A stretch of 63,964 nucleotides of DNA, from positions 1-63,964 of the forward strand of contig CAYSJO010000896.1 in NCBI GenBank assembly GCA_964431285.1, read 5' to 3'. Below the pieces are notes generated by a model, which saw only the letters and a program-made list of their open reading frames with translations, ran no database searches and had not been told where the DNA came from. Numbering within the stretch: the stretch's first letter is position 1; each line of letters starts with the position of its first letter. Positions 8,993 through 20,286 of the stretch are shown one piece after another. The stretch is from an uncultured Planctomycetaceae bacterium. GTDB lineage: Bacteria; Planctomycetota; Planctomycetia; Planctomycetales; Planctomycetaceae. Both the position numbers and the translations under genes were made by a program.

Positions 8993-10795
8993 GTGAGTCT
9001 GATCAAAGCAACCACTCTCTGGTTCCTGGCATTGCCGGTCCTGCTTGTATGTAGCGGCTGTGGCCAGGACGTCGCTGACGTTGAGTCAGCCGCAGTCCCA
9101 ACGCAGGGCGCGCCACGGTCCACAGCGATTTCCATCCAGCCTGAATCGACGGATGCCGCACCTGCGCCGTCTACGAACCCGAAGTTTGTTGATGTCGCGG
9201 CCGAGGTCGGACTCGATTTCCAATTCTTCAGCGATGCCGTGCCGAGACGATACTGGTTGCCCGAGATCATGGGCGGAGGCGCCGCATGGATCGATGCTGA
9301 CGCGGACGGCCAACTCGATCTTTACTTGATGAACGGGGCGACGTTGACCGATTCCGGTCCATCATCAGGGCCGCACGGTAATCGCCTGTTTCAACAGATC
9401 GGGGCTCGGTTTGTGGACGTCAGTCACACCGCTGGATCAGCGCACGCCGGATACGGACAGGGAGTCGCGGCCGGTGACTTTGATGGAGACGGCTTTACCG
9501 ATCTGTACCTCGCCAACTGGCGCGACAACTGTCTGTTGCACAACAACGGCGACGGGACATTTGACGATGTCAGCACTGTTGCCGGAGTGCCCGGACAGCA
9601 GTGGTCGACCAGCGTGGCATGGTGCGACATCAATCGCGATGGGTTGCTTGATCTGTATGTCACGAACTATCTCGACATCAACCTGAGCCAGAGTCGCACG
9701 TGCCGGTACGACGATCGACCCGGTTACTGCGGGCCAGGTGAGTACGCAGCTGTTCCTGATGACGTCTACTTGAGCCAGGGCGACGGGACTTTCCACGAGT
9801 CGGCCCGGGACCTGGGTCTCACGGTGGCCAACGGCAAGGGGCTGGCCGTGTCCGTGCTGGATCTTGACAACGACCTGCAACCGGAAATCTATGTCGCGAA
9901 CGACATGACTCGAAACTTCCTGTTCACGCGCACGTCGGTCGGATCACAAGCTGACTCGAATCCCCATTTCCGCGAGGTCGCAATGGAAACGGGTTGCGGT
10001 CTCAGTGACACCGGACGAAACGAAGCGAGTATGGGTATCGCGACTGCGGACTTCGACTCAGACGGTCAGGTTGATCTGTTTCTGACACACTATTTTCAGT
10101 CGAAGAACACGCTGTATCGCAACCTGGGCGAGCTGATGTTCGATGACGACAGTCGACGCTGGAAAGTGGCCGCCACCAGCTACAACTTTCTGGGCTTCGG
10201 CATCGGTCCACTGGACTGGAATCGCGATGGTCGCCCGGATGTCTTCATCGCAAACGGACATGTGCTGGGTCCTGAGCATGAACCGAATCAGATGACCCAG
10301 CAATTGCTGTGGAACGACGGAAACGGGTTTCATGATGTCTCGCATCTGGCCGGTCCGTATTTCTCGGAACGCTGCCAGGGCCGCGGAGTCAGCGTCGCCG
10401 ACTTCGACACCGACGGAGAATCCGACCTCGAACTCACACATCAGGAACGAACCGAGGCATTGCTGAGAAACGACACGCAGACAACCGGACATTTTCTCGG
10501 CCTGGAGTTTCGATCAACCAATCGCATCCCTCCCGTAGGTGGACGAGTCCTCGTCGAGTTCGCTGGCCGGCATCAGGTCGTTCCGATAACGGCGGGTGGA
10601 AGTTACCTCTCATCCGGTGACCGGCGGTTGCTCATCGGACTGGGTGACGGAACGGGCGTCTGCACGGTCACTGTATACTGGCCCAATGGTCGCGAGAGTC
10701 GATTGGATGACCTCCCCATTGATCGTTACTGGCAGATCATCGAGCAGGTTGAATCCGATCCCGTCTGCGTCCCTTTCAGTGCTTCCGGGTTCTGA
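8993..10795 (+). CDS. CRTAC1-family lipoprotein (FG-GAP/VCBS repeats + ASPIC/UnbV domain)
   Basis: GTG start. Lipobox-like LLVCSGC. Loops DADADGQLDLYL, GDFDGDGFTDLYL, DINRDGLLDLYV, ADFDSDGQVDLFL, DWNRDGRPDVFI, ADFDTDGESDLEL. UnbV-like GGSYLSSGDRRLLIGL...VYWPNGRES. Confidence 0.85.
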   Translation: MSLIKATTLWFLALPVLLVCSGCGQDVADVESAAVPTQGAPRSTAISIQPESTDAAPAPSTNPKFVDVAAEVGLDFQFFSDAVPRRYWLPEIMGGGAAWIDADADGQLDLYLMNGATLTDSGPSSGPHGNRLFQQIGARFVDVSHTAGSAHAGYGQGVAAGDFDGDGFTDLYLANWRDNCLLHNNGDGTFDDVSTVAGVPGQQWSTSVAWCDINRDGLLDLYVTNYLDINLSQSRTCRYDDRPGYCGPGEYAAVPDDVYLSQGDGTFHESARDLGLTVANGKGLAVSVLDLDNDLQPEIYVANDMTRNFLFTRTSVGSQADSNPHFREVAMETGCGLSDTGRNEASMGIATADFDSDGQVDLFLTHYFQSKNTLYRNLGELMFDDDSRRWKVAATSYNFLGFGIGPLDWNRDGRPDVFIANGHVLGPEHEPNQMTQQLLWNDGNGFHDVSHLAGPYFSERCQGRGVSVADFDTDGESDLELTHQERTEALLRNDTQTTGHFLGLEFRSTNRIPPVGGRVLVEFAGRHQVVPITAGGSYLSSGDRRLLIGLGDGTGVCTVTVYWPNGRESRLDDLPIDRYWQIIEQVESDPVCVPFSASGF

Positions 10796-10798
10796 ACA

Positions 10799-12034
10799 AT
10801 GCGACGCATCCGATCAATCCTGATTGTCGTCGTGCCCATCGCCGGCCTTCTGTCGATTGTTGCATGGAACGAAGTGTCGCGTCTGGAACGAGCCCGGTAT
10901 CTGATGGCTTCGGGACAGTTTGCCGAGGCGCTGCCACAACTCGATCGCTACCTGTCGTGGTTTCCTGGCGATGCAGCAGCTCACATGAACATGGCCGAGG
11001 CGCTGATCAAGGATGAATCGCAGCCTGAGGCGAACGCCGTGCGGAATGCCATCAGCCATCTGGAACACGCGCAGACCGATCCGGCGTTCCGCGTTGCCGC
11101 CGGGATTCAGGCGGGACGAGTGCAGTTCCTGTTGCTCACCCAGCCGTTCGATGCCGAACACCGTTTCCAAGACGCTCTGCAGATCGAGCCAGAGAACTTC
11201 GAAGCGAACTGGCTGATGTGGAAACTGCTCGATGTCACCATGCGGGCACATCTCAGTGAGCCACATTTCTGGAAGTGCTACGAACGTGCGAAGCGAGCAG
11301 ACCGTCCAGCGCTGCTGCGTGACTGGTATCTCAGCCAGTTCAGCCCCGGGACGGCAAATGCGTCTATCGATCACATGATGGGGATCCAGTCGCCGGACGA
11401 ATCGCCGCACTCCCGCATCGAACTGCGCCGGTTAGCTCTCTTTCGCGATGAGCAGCAGACCTGGCCTCAGGCACACGCCGCATTCGCCGCCTGGTGCCAC
11501 CTGGAAGGTGCTCACGAGCTGGCTCGCGAAGCGATCGACGAGTCGATCGAAATGGCCCGGAATGATCCGTTCTATCTGGCAACCGTCATCCTGGTGCGAA
11601 TCAACTCAGGCGACTTTGGCGCGGCTCAGGCTGCCTTCGGGCACTGGCCAGAATCCGACCGAGGATTCGACTACTGGAAGTCGAGAGGTCTGGTCTCAGA
11701 GGAGGTTCGAGGAGACGACGGCGACGCGGCAGATGCTTTCCAGCGAGCATTGAAAATCTGGCCCGGACACTGCGATGCATCCTTGCAGCACCGGCGTTCA
11801 AATTGTCTGATGCGCTTGGGTCGTAAGGACGAAGCGGCCGAATGCCGCGAGGCGGCCTGCCGGATTGACGATCTGATGGAACTCGACCTGCATACACGAC
11901 TTCGCCGACTGCTTGTCGATTTGACATCGAGGACGACGTCTGCGGAGATGGCGGAGTTTTATCGACAACTGGGCCGGCATCGCGAAGCGGACGAATGGCA
12001 GAACCTGGTAACTCAGAGTTTTCCGAACAAGTAG
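10799..12034 (+). CDS. membrane-anchored TPR repeat protein
   Basis: Starts 3 nt after the CRTAC1 stop. N-terminal TM MRRIRSILIVVVPIAGLLSIVAW. Helical TPR-like repeats (e.g. FQDALQIEPENFEANWLMWKL, FQRALKIWPGHCDASLQ). Confidence 0.7.
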   Translation: MRRIRSILIVVVPIAGLLSIVAWNEVSRLERARYLMASGQFAEALPQLDRYLSWFPGDAAAHMNMAEALIKDESQPEANAVRNAISHLEHAQTDPAFRVAAGIQAGRVQFLLLTQPFDAEHRFQDALQIEPENFEANWLMWKLLDVTMRAHLSEPHFWKCYERAKRADRPALLRDWYLSQFSPGTANASIDHMMGIQSPDESPHSRIELRRLALFRDEQQTWPQAHAAFAAWCHLEGAHELAREAIDESIEMARNDPFYLATVILVRINSGDFGAAQAAFGHWPESDRGFDYWKSRGLVSEEVRGDDGDAADAFQRALKIWPGHCDASLQHRRSNCLMRLGRKDEAAECREAACRIDDLMELDLHTRLRRLLVDLTSRTTSAEMAEFYRQLGRHREADEWQNLVTQSFPNK

Positions 12035-12060
12035 ACGTTCAACATCCGGAGACAACACAA

Positions 12061-12288
12061 ATGAAACACATTTTGAAATGCCTGTGTGCGGTGGCTCTGA
12101 TCCTGGTCGGTGTGGGGGGTTGTGGTGGCCAGGGAAGTGAGCTGGCACCAGCGACGGAAACGCCGCCGCCGCCGTCCCAGGAGGAGATGCAGAATCTGAT
12201 GCAGGAAAGTATGAATCAGGGTGGCATGACTGGTGAGCTTCCTGACACGCCAGCGGACGATTCTGCGGAAACGGACAGCAGTAATTGA
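12061..12288 (+). CDS. small acidic lipoprotein
   Basis: ATG at 12061. MKHILKCLCAVALILVGVGGCGG lipobox, then a Pro/Glu/Asp-rich 50-aa tail. No family recognised. Confidence 0.5.
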   Translation: MKHILKCLCAVALILVGVGGCGGQGSELAPATETPPPPSQEEMQNLMQESMNQGGMTGELPDTPADDSAETDSSN

Positions 12289-12338
12289 CTGCCCCGCCGC
12301 GTCAGACATGATCGAGTCACCTCGAAGAGTCGCTGCTG

Positions 12339-13136
12339 ATGGCATTCATCGAACTCAGTGACATCGACGATCCGCGGTTGCATGTTTACCGGCATGTGAA
12401 GAAGACCAATCTGACACGCTGGTCGAGCCAGTTCATTGCGGAAGGCAAGAAGCTGGTTGTGCAGTTGATCAACAGCGAGTTCGACATTCAGTCCATTATG
12501 ACCAGTGATAAGCATGCGGCTTATCTGGAACCGCACGTGCCCGCTGACGTTCCCGCCTACGTGCTTCCGCATCGACTGGCCCAGTCGCTTGTCGGATTCG
12601 CCTTCCACTGCGGGATGCTCGGCTGCGGTATCCGCAAACCGGCACGACCGCTGGTTGACCTTCTGGATTCCGAACATCGACATCTGCTGGTTGCGCTGCC
12701 TCGCACAGAGAATCCCGAAAACATGGGCTCAATCATCCGCATTGCCGCCGGGTTCGGGGCGACGGCCGTGCTGACTGGCCAGGGCTGTTGCGACCCATTC
12801 AGCCGCCGGGCGCTGCGTGTCTCTATGGGAAACACGTTCTGTCTCCCCGTGATTGAATGCGGCGCCGATCTTGCGTCAACGCTCCAGGACCTGAAGGAGC
12901 AACATTCGTTCGAGCTGTTCGCGACGCTACTCGATGAATCCGCTGAGCCGCTGCATCAGGCACGCCCATCGGGTAACTGTGCCCTGCTGTTCGGACACGA
13001 GGACTCCGGCCTGACGTCGGAGTGGGGCAACTTGTGCGACCGCCGCCTCTCCATCCCGATGCACGGCGACACCGATTCCCTTAACGTCGCAGTCGCGGCC
13101 GGTATTTTTCTGCATCACTTCGCCAACATTACGTAG
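12339..13136 (+). CDS. TrmH/SpoU-family RNA 2'-O-methyltransferase
   Basis: SpoU motifs [49 protein letters not shown]. Confidence 0.85.
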   Translation: MAFIELSDIDDPRLHVYRHVKKTNLTRWSSQFIAEGKKLVVQLINSEFDIQSIMTSDKHAAYLEPHVPADVPAYVLPHRLAQSLVGFAFHCGMLGCGIRKPARPLVDLLDSEHRHLLVALPRTENPENMGSIIRIAAGFGATAVLTGQGCCDPFSRRALRVSMGNTFCLPVIECGADLASTLQDLKEQHSFELFATLLDESAEPLHQARPSGNCALLFGHEDSGLTSEWGNLCDRRLSIPMHGDTDSLNVAVAAGIFLHHFANIT

Positions 13137-13156
13137 TCGAACCCCTTTTCAGCTTG

Positions 13157-13198
13157 GGCTTTCTCTTGCACGTAAGGTTCGAGAAAGCCCTTTTCTCT
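13157..13198 (+). terminator. rho-independent terminator after methyltransferase gene
   Basis: Perfect 10-bp stem GGGCTTTCTC / GAGAAAGCCC, 15-nt loop, then CTTTTCTCT. Confidence 0.55.
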
Positions 13199-13218
13199 GT
13201 GTGCCGTGGATAGCCCTG

Positions 13219-14340
<1,122 letters not shown>

Positions 14341-14605
14341 AATCCTCGCCCTTCGCGGAACAGGATCCGCAGCAACTCGTGCTGCTGAGCCGACTTCCGA
14401 CAGCTTTCAACTCTCGCTGGAAGGACAGACCAGCAGAAGGTGGCTCTGCCCGAAAATGTTGGCGAGAACTCTGCTCTGCGGTGTCTATTCACCGCTGTGC
14501 CAAAGTAGCCATCTCGTCCTGCGAGATGAGTCATACGGACCAACGAGCGCCGCAGTCATTTGACTTCGCGCGATCGCACCGGAAGGGCTCATTTCACAGA
14601 ACCAG

Positions 14606-14980
14606 ATGGCTACTTTCACTGCGAGACCGCGACCCATGACTGACTGGTTCCAACTCATCCCCTTGCTTGCTCAGAATGGGGACGATCCCCAACAGAGCTC
14701 GCCGCTGGCGATGTTCATGCCGCTGATCCTGATCGGATTCTTCTTCTATTTCATTATTCTGCGTCCGCAGACCAAAGAGCGTCGTAAGCATCAGGGCATG
14801 CTCGACAGCCTGAAGAAGAACGATCGCGTCGTCACGGTGGGCGGAATCGTGGGTCATGTCACCAACATTTCGAATGACGGCAAAGAAATCACACTCCGCG
14901 TTGATGACAACACGCGGATCAAGTTCGTGCGAAGCTACATCAGCTCAGTCCTCGCCGACGACACGGAAGCGTCGGCATAG
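14606..14980 (+). CDS. yajC: preprotein translocase subunit YajC
   Basis: MFMPLILIGFFFYFIILRPQTKERRKHQGMLDSLKKNDRVVTVGGIVGHV is the YajC signature. Canonical position between tgt and secD. Confidence 0.85.
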   Translation: MATFTARPRPMTDWFQLIPLLAQNGDDPQQSSPLAMFMPLILIGFFFYFIILRPQTKERRKHQGMLDSLKKNDRVVTVGGIVGHVTNISNDGKEITLRVDDNTRIKFVRSYISSVLADDTEASA

Positions 14981-15031
14981 ACAGACGCGGCTTCCGACCG
15001 GTCAACGGTCCCTCATTAAGGATAGCAATCG

Positions 15032-18010
15032 ATGTTCTGGCTACTGGCACAGCAGGCTGAGGAGGTCGCAAAGGTTCCGGCGACTTCCGGCTGGATGATT
15101 TTCTGGATGCTTCTGGCCGTGATCTTTGTGCCATTCATCGTCGGCTCGCTGCTGGCGAACGCACTCAAGCTCAAGGACTACAGCAGCCGGATGGGCACTG
15201 TGCTGTTCTGCCTGACAGCTGCACTGACCCCCTTCTGCTTTCAGCTTTCACAGGGACAGAAGATTGAAGACTGCTTCCGCTTGGGGATCGACCTCGCCGG
15301 TGGCACGAACCTCGTCTACCAGATCGACCACGCAAATGTTGATGCCGAGAAGGACTTCGATCGATCAATGGACCAGATGGTGGGGGCCATCATCCGTCGA
15401 GTGAATCCATCTGGTACTGAAGAAGTGACCGTCCGTCGCGTGGGCAGTGACCGGATCGAAGTCATCATTCCGGGGGCCGATCAGGCCTATGTGAATGAAA
15501 TGAAGGACCGCATGACCCAACTGGGTACACTGGAATTCGAGATCCTGGCGACGCGGCCGGACAAATGGGGCGAGCACCCGGCCTTGATCGACGAAGCCAG
15601 GAAGCTGACCGACAAAGAAACACGCGTTGTCATGGACGGCGTTGAAGTCGCCCGCTGGGTCGAAGTCGAGGAAACGGAACGAATCACCAACGGCGGCTCA
15701 GTACTTCCTGCTGAAACCCGCGATGTTAAACGTGGCGAAGAGACGATTCAGCAGGCGCTGATTGCCGTCACACCACAAAGAGACGAAGTCACGGGCGAGT
15801 TTCTTGTGCGGGCAACCGAACAGATGGACCCCAGTGGACGACTTGTCGTCGGATTCCGCTTCAATCAAACCGGTGCGTCTCGCTTCTTCGAACTGACCAG
15901 CAAGTACAAACCGCTGCAGGACGACACCAAGTACCGCCTGGCCGTTCTGCTGGATGGGATTATCGAATCCGCTCCCAGCCTGAACGGTGCCATCGGTGCC
16001 CAGGGACAGATCGAAGGCAACTTCACGCGGACGGAAATCCAGTCACTGGTCAGCGTTCTGAATGCGGGAGCGCTCGATATTCCGCTGGACACGACCCCTG
16101 TCAGCGAGTTCACGATCAGCCCACTGCTGGGTGTCGACATCCGCCAGAAGGGCGTCACTGCGATCGTCATCTCGGCCGTGTTTGTGATCGCCTTCATGGC
16201 CGTCTACTACCTGAAGGCCGGGTTGATTGCCGTCACATGTCTGCTGTTCAACATGCTGCTGATCATGGGCACGATGGTCTTCGTCCAGGGCACATTTACT
16301 TTGCCTGGTCTGGCCGGCCTAGTGTTGACGATCGGCATGGCAGTCGACGCCAACGTGCTGATATTCGAGCGCATTCGCGAAGAGGTTGCTCGTGGGGCCA
16401 GCACGCGCATGGCCATTCACAACGGCTTTGATAAGGCCTTCAGTGCCATCATCGACTCGAATCTGACGACCCTGATCGTCGCGGTTGTCCTGTTCATGAT
16501 TGGCACAGATCAGGTTAAGGGCTTTGCCGTGACGTTGTTCATCGGCATTGTGATGAGCATGTTCTCGGCTCTGTATTTCGGGCGACTGGTGTTCGAAGTG
16601 CTGGAGCAGAAACGACTGCTGCAGAAGTTGCCGATGCTTGCCATTGTTAAATCACAAAGTCACGACTTTGTCGGTAAGCAGAAGATGGCGGCAGTGGTTT
16701 CCGTTGTCCTGATCGTCGCCGGAATGGCGAGTGTGATTGCCCGGGCCGAGAACAATCTGGACATCGATTTCCGCGGTGGCACAATGGTGACATTCGAATT
16801 TGATGAGGCCCAGGAACTCGACAGCTTCCGCACTGCACTGGAAGAGAAATTCGGTTCCGGAATCACGATCGAGCGGTTGACCCGGGAAGATGAGTCGCAG
16901 GACTCAGAAGCCGGACGCCGCTGGAGACTGCGAACCACCGAACAGTCTGTGGATAATGTTCAGACAGGAATCGCGGACACTCTGGGCAATCGCAGCCTGA
17001 AGCGAGTTGAGATGGCCCCGATTGAAGTGGTCCAGATTGCCGCGGCCGTTGTTGATGAACCGGGGGAGGACGAGCCCGGTGAAGAGACAGAAACAATCGA
17101 GGAAGAAGAAGAGGAGTCTGCATACGCAGGTGGCTGGCAGTCGAATCTGGCCTTCACCAAAGAGATCACGGCGAACACAGTCAGCCGGAATCTGGCGGCT
17201 GCCATCACGGCGCTGCCGAACGGATCGACTGATTATCCGGAACCGTCGAACCTGTTCCGATTGACGGGAACGGTCGGTGACGGAGTCGGCGCAGCTCAAG
17301 GGCAGGTCCAGACATTCAGCGAAATGCTGTTGGAAGTCCGGGCGGATGTTGAGCAGGCTGATCTGGTAACCGCACTGAACGCGATGCGGGACAACATGGC
17401 CAGCACGCCGATGTTTGAAGAGGTGAGCAAATTCTCCACGGCCGTGGGCGGCGAAATGCAGCAACAGGCCCTGATAGCCATGCTGATCAGTCTGGCGGCG
17501 ATCATTGTTTACATCTGGTTCCGCTTCCAGCGGATCACGTTCGGCTTTGCTGCCGTTGTGGCACTGGTGCATGACGTGCTGGTCGTACTGGGGGTCATGG
17601 CGCTGGCCTCGATGCTCAGCAACAACCCGGTCGGCTCGTTGCTGATGCTGTACGACTTCAAGATCAACCTGCCGATGATCGCAGCCTTCCTGACAATTGT
17701 CGGTTATTCACTGAACGACACGATCGTCATCTTCGACCGCATCCGAGAAGTGCGGGGCAAGAATCCGTCACTGACAGAGGACATGATCAATCGCAGTCTG
17801 AATCAGACGCTGGCGAGAACGGTGCTGACGTCATTGACCACATTTTTTGTCGTCGCGATTCTGTACGCCTTCGGCGGTGAAGGGATTCACGGCTTCGCGT
17901 TCTGCCTGCTGGTCGGCGTCATCGTCGGAACATACAGCTCGATCTTCGTCGCGAGCCCCGTCCTGCTGTGGCTCATGAATCGAGCAGAGTCAGCGGCAAA
18001 ACCGGCGTAG
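15032..18010 (+). CDS. secDF: fused protein translocase subunit SecDF
   Basis: 992 aa. SecD motifs LGIDLAGGTNLVYQ and LTIGMAVDANVLIFERIREE. SecF motifs IVGYSLNDTIVIFDRIRE. AAGGA upstream of the ATG at 15032. Confidence 0.9.
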   Translation: MFWLLAQQAEEVAKVPATSGWMIFWMLLAVIFVPFIVGSLLANALKLKDYSSRMGTVLFCLTAALTPFCFQLSQGQKIEDCFRLGIDLAGGTNLVYQIDHANVDAEKDFDRSMDQMVGAIIRRVNPSGTEEVTVRRVGSDRIEVIIPGADQAYVNEMKDRMTQLGTLEFEILATRPDKWGEHPALIDEARKLTDKETRVVMDGVEVARWVEVEETERITNGGSVLPAETRDVKRGEETIQQALIAVTPQRDEVTGEFLVRATEQMDPSGRLVVGFRFNQTGASRFFELTSKYKPLQDDTKYRLAVLLDGIIESAPSLNGAIGAQGQIEGNFTRTEIQSLVSVLNAGALDIPLDTTPVSEFTISPLLGVDIRQKGVTAIVISAVFVIAFMAVYYLKAGLIAVTCLLFNMLLIMGTMVFVQGTFTLPGLAGLVLTIGMAVDANVLIFERIREEVARGASTRMAIHNGFDKAFSAIIDSNLTTLIVAVVLFMIGTDQVKGFAVTLFIGIVMSMFSALYFGRLVFEVLEQKRLLQKLPMLAIVKSQSHDFVGKQKMAAVVSVVLIVAGMASVIARAENNLDIDFRGGTMVTFEFDEAQELDSFRTALEEKFGSGITIERLTREDESQDSEAGRRWRLRTTEQSVDNVQTGIADTLGNRSLKRVEMAPIEVVQIAAAVVDEPGEDEPGEETETIEEEEEESAYAGGWQSNLAFTKEITANTVSRNLAAAITALPNGSTDYPEPSNLFRLTGTVGDGVGAAQGQVQTFSEMLLEVRADVEQADLVTALNAMRDNMASTPMFEEVSKFSTAVGGEMQQQALIAMLISLAAIIVYIWFRFQRITFGFAAVVALVHDVLVVLGVMALASMLSNNPVGSLLMLYDFKINLPMIAAFLTIVGYSLNDTIVIFDRIREVRGKNPSLTEDMINRSLNQTLARTVLTSLTTFFVVAILYAFGGEGIHGFAFCLLVGVIVGTYSSIFVASPVLLWLMNRAESAAKPA

Positions 18011-18116
18011 TCAGCTGTAATGTCGGTGTGGCTGGGGTCGAACGAATTGAGCCCCAGCTGTGTTTGCTCGCGGTCGGGCCTGGCAGGCTGGTATCCCCAG
18101 GCCGCACCTCAGCGAA

Positions 18117-18155
18117 CAAAAATACGCCGCGGATGAATTTCCGCGGCGTTTTCTG
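18117..18155. terminator. bidirectional hairpin terminator between convergent secDF and HU genes
   Basis: AAAAAT-ACGCCGCGGA-TGAATTT-CCGCGGCGT-TTTCT: a 9-10 bp GC stem flanked by an A-tract and a T-tract. Confidence 0.55.
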
Positions 18156-18173
18156 CAGTCAGCATTGATCGTC

Positions 18174-18509
18174 TTAGTTGACCGAGTCCTTGAGTCTCTT
18201 CAAGGGTCGAATCTTGATCTGCTGCGAGGCCGGCTTGGCCTTGAACATCTGCTCTTCCTTGGTGAACGGGTTGATGCCTTTGCGGGCTTTTGTGGCCGGC
18301 TTGTACTTGGTCACAATCTTGCACAGGCCCGGGATCGTGAATCCCTTGTCCGTTGTCTTCGCGCCTTTGTTCAGCTCCTTGTCAATCAGGTCGCCGAGTG
18401 CATCGAACACGGCGCCGACATCCTTTTTCGCAACACCAGTGGCTTCTGACAATGCATTCAGGATTTCGGTCTTGGTCAGCGGTTTCCCAGCAGCAGCTTT
18501 CTTGGCCAT
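18174..18509 (-). CDS. HU/IHF-family DNA-binding protein with Lys/Ala-rich N-terminal extension
   Basis: LTKTEILNALSEATGVAKKDVGAVFDALGDLI...FTIPGLCKIVTKYKPATKARKGINPFTKEE matches the HU fold signature. Confidence 0.85.
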   Translation of the reverse strand: MAKKAAAGKPLTKTEILNALSEATGVAKKDVGAVFDALGDLIDKELNKGAKTTDKGFTIPGLCKIVTKYKPATKARKGINPFTKEEQMFKAKPASQQIKIRPLKRLKDSVN

Positions 18510-18950
18510 CGAGGGCGTCCTTTCAAACAGCCTTACAAAAATGTGTCATACGCGAACCTGGGTCTGGGTCGAAGGGGTGTCGTCTGACGCGTGCGAGCGA
18601 CGCGAGTCGATCAGAGATCCGAACGACACCAAACCAAAGCCGGTGCGGAGTGATAAGCGCTCATCTCGTAGAAAGTCAACCAGATCAGCCAATTTCCCGG
18701 GGTCTTCAGGCGAAACCCCGCCATCACCTGGAATCCCGAGGTCGATATCCCGGTCGTGTGTTAGGACACGAGTCTGGCATTCGATCGGGATTGCAACGAC
18801 CTCGCGGAAGAGCTGCGGGCCCGAACGAAACACGACGGATCAACCAGTTCAAATGGACTGCCGGGAGAGTTGATCCATCAGCCGGCGCGGATACAAACCG
18901 AACCCTTGTCTCGTCAGTTTCTTCACCGTGTCAATCAGCAGGCTGAACTC

Positions 18951-20264
18951 ATGACAGACCCGCAACGATCACTCAACGTCGCCATCATCGGTGGCGGCAT
19001 GTTCTTCGACGATATCATCGGGCAAAGCTTCAAGGATCTGATGCGCGGTGGTGTCGCCGGTGCATTGACCAGCATTGGCATGAGTCATCTGGCGTCGGCG
19101 GTGGCTGACGTCGAGATCAACGTGTCCGCAATCGGCACTCGCAGCGAAAAGAGTGGCACAGCCGGTCGCATCGTCGACTGGTTCGCTCAAGAGTTTCCTG
19201 ATCGGAAGATTGACGCGTGTTACGGCGAAGAAGTGTGGCGGGATATCCTTGCGACGCATAAGCCAGACGTGCTGTTCGTTGCCACTCCGGATCATGTTCA
19301 CGCTCAGCCAATTCTGGACGCTCTCGATGCCGGTTGTGACGTCGTCACCGAAAAACCACTGTGCCTGACGACAGCCGAAGCAGATCAGATCATTGCTCGC
19401 GCGAAGGAAACAGATCGCATTGTCGCAGTCGATATGCACAAGCGATTCGATCCGTTTGTGCGTGACATGATGCTGAACGCACACGAAAAGTACGGTGCCA
19501 TTAATCGGGTACGCACTGTGCTGGAAGAGCCGCTGGAAGTCAGCACGGACATCTTTGCCTGGGCAGAACAGAGTAACCCGTTCGCTTACGTTGGCTGCCA
19601 CTGGCTGGACGTTGTGCACCATTATTTGAAGGTCAAGCCACGCACCGTTTTTGCGACTGGCCAGAAGAATCTGCTGCTGCATTGGGATGAACATCACGCA
19701 GAGGTCGCACGTCGGCGGGGCGTCGATCCGGCGACGTTCAAGCGGCTACATTCCATCAACACATGGGACAGCATTGACGTGGCCGTGACTTACGACGACG
19801 GCATGCGGGGTGATTACAACAACAACTGGATCAACCCGGCGGAATTCGAAGGTGCCGTGAATCAGGAGATCGAGCTGTACGGGATTTACGGACGGGGCAT
19901 CGTCGACCAGCAGGACCGTGGTTTCCGCGAAGCCGTCATTGGAGACGGATCACGCACACGTAATCCGTCGTTTGGCGGTCGTATGCAGCATTACGGTGCC
20001 AACCTTGAAATCTTTGGTTACGGCAAGGCGTCGATCGTGTCTGGCCTGCTGGCCATCATCCGTCGCCGTGTGCTGGGCGAGTCGCTCGAAAGCCTCGACG
20101 AAACCTATCCCACGGCGGCCAGTCAGCGCGATGTCGTGCAGGTGATTGAAGCCGCATCGGAAGTCGCCGACAGGAACTACGAACACTTCCAAGCCGGCCG
20201 TGGTACGCCGGTGACGGCGCTCCTTACGGATTCGGAGATTCGGATCCTGAATCCTCTCGGTTGA
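18951..20264 (+). CDS. Gfo/Idh/MocA-family oxidoreductase
   Basis: ATG at 18951. Rossmann start LNVAIIGGGMF. Family hallmark VVTEKPLCLT after VATPDHVHAQPILDALDAGCD. Confidence 0.75.
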   Translation: MTDPQRSLNVAIIGGGMFFDDIIGQSFKDLMRGGVAGALTSIGMSHLASAVADVEINVSAIGTRSEKSGTAGRIVDWFAQEFPDRKIDACYGEEVWRDILATHKPDVLFVATPDHVHAQPILDALDAGCDVVTEKPLCLTTAEADQIIARAKETDRIVAVDMHKRFDPFVRDMMLNAHEKYGAINRVRTVLEEPLEVSTDIFAWAEQSNPFAYVGCHWLDVVHHYLKVKPRTVFATGQKNLLLHWDEHHAEVARRRGVDPATFKRLHSINTWDSIDVAVTYDDGMRGDYNNNWINPAEFEGAVNQEIELYGIYGRGIVDQQDRGFREAVIGDGSRTRNPSFGGRMQHYGANLEIFGYGKASIVSGLLAIIRRRVLGESLESLDETYPTAASQRDVVQVIEAASEVADRNYEHFQAGRGTPVTALLTDSEIRILNPLG

Positions 20265-20286
20265 CGCACGGATGATTTCCGGCAGA

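Noticed and set aside
14341-14605. 265-nt tgt-yajC spacer with ORF 14322-14639 (105 aa) and a small hairpin (CATCTCG/CGAGATG)
   Set aside because: The ORF product is Arg/Ser/Cys-rich with no motif and overlaps both neighbours. The hairpin is short and lacks a T-tract. Nothing here could be supported.
18178-18873. 231-aa plus-strand ORF covering the HU locus
   Set aside because: Antisense to a textbook HU-family ORF and continues through the promoter region of the next gene. Ser/Arg-rich shadow ORF.
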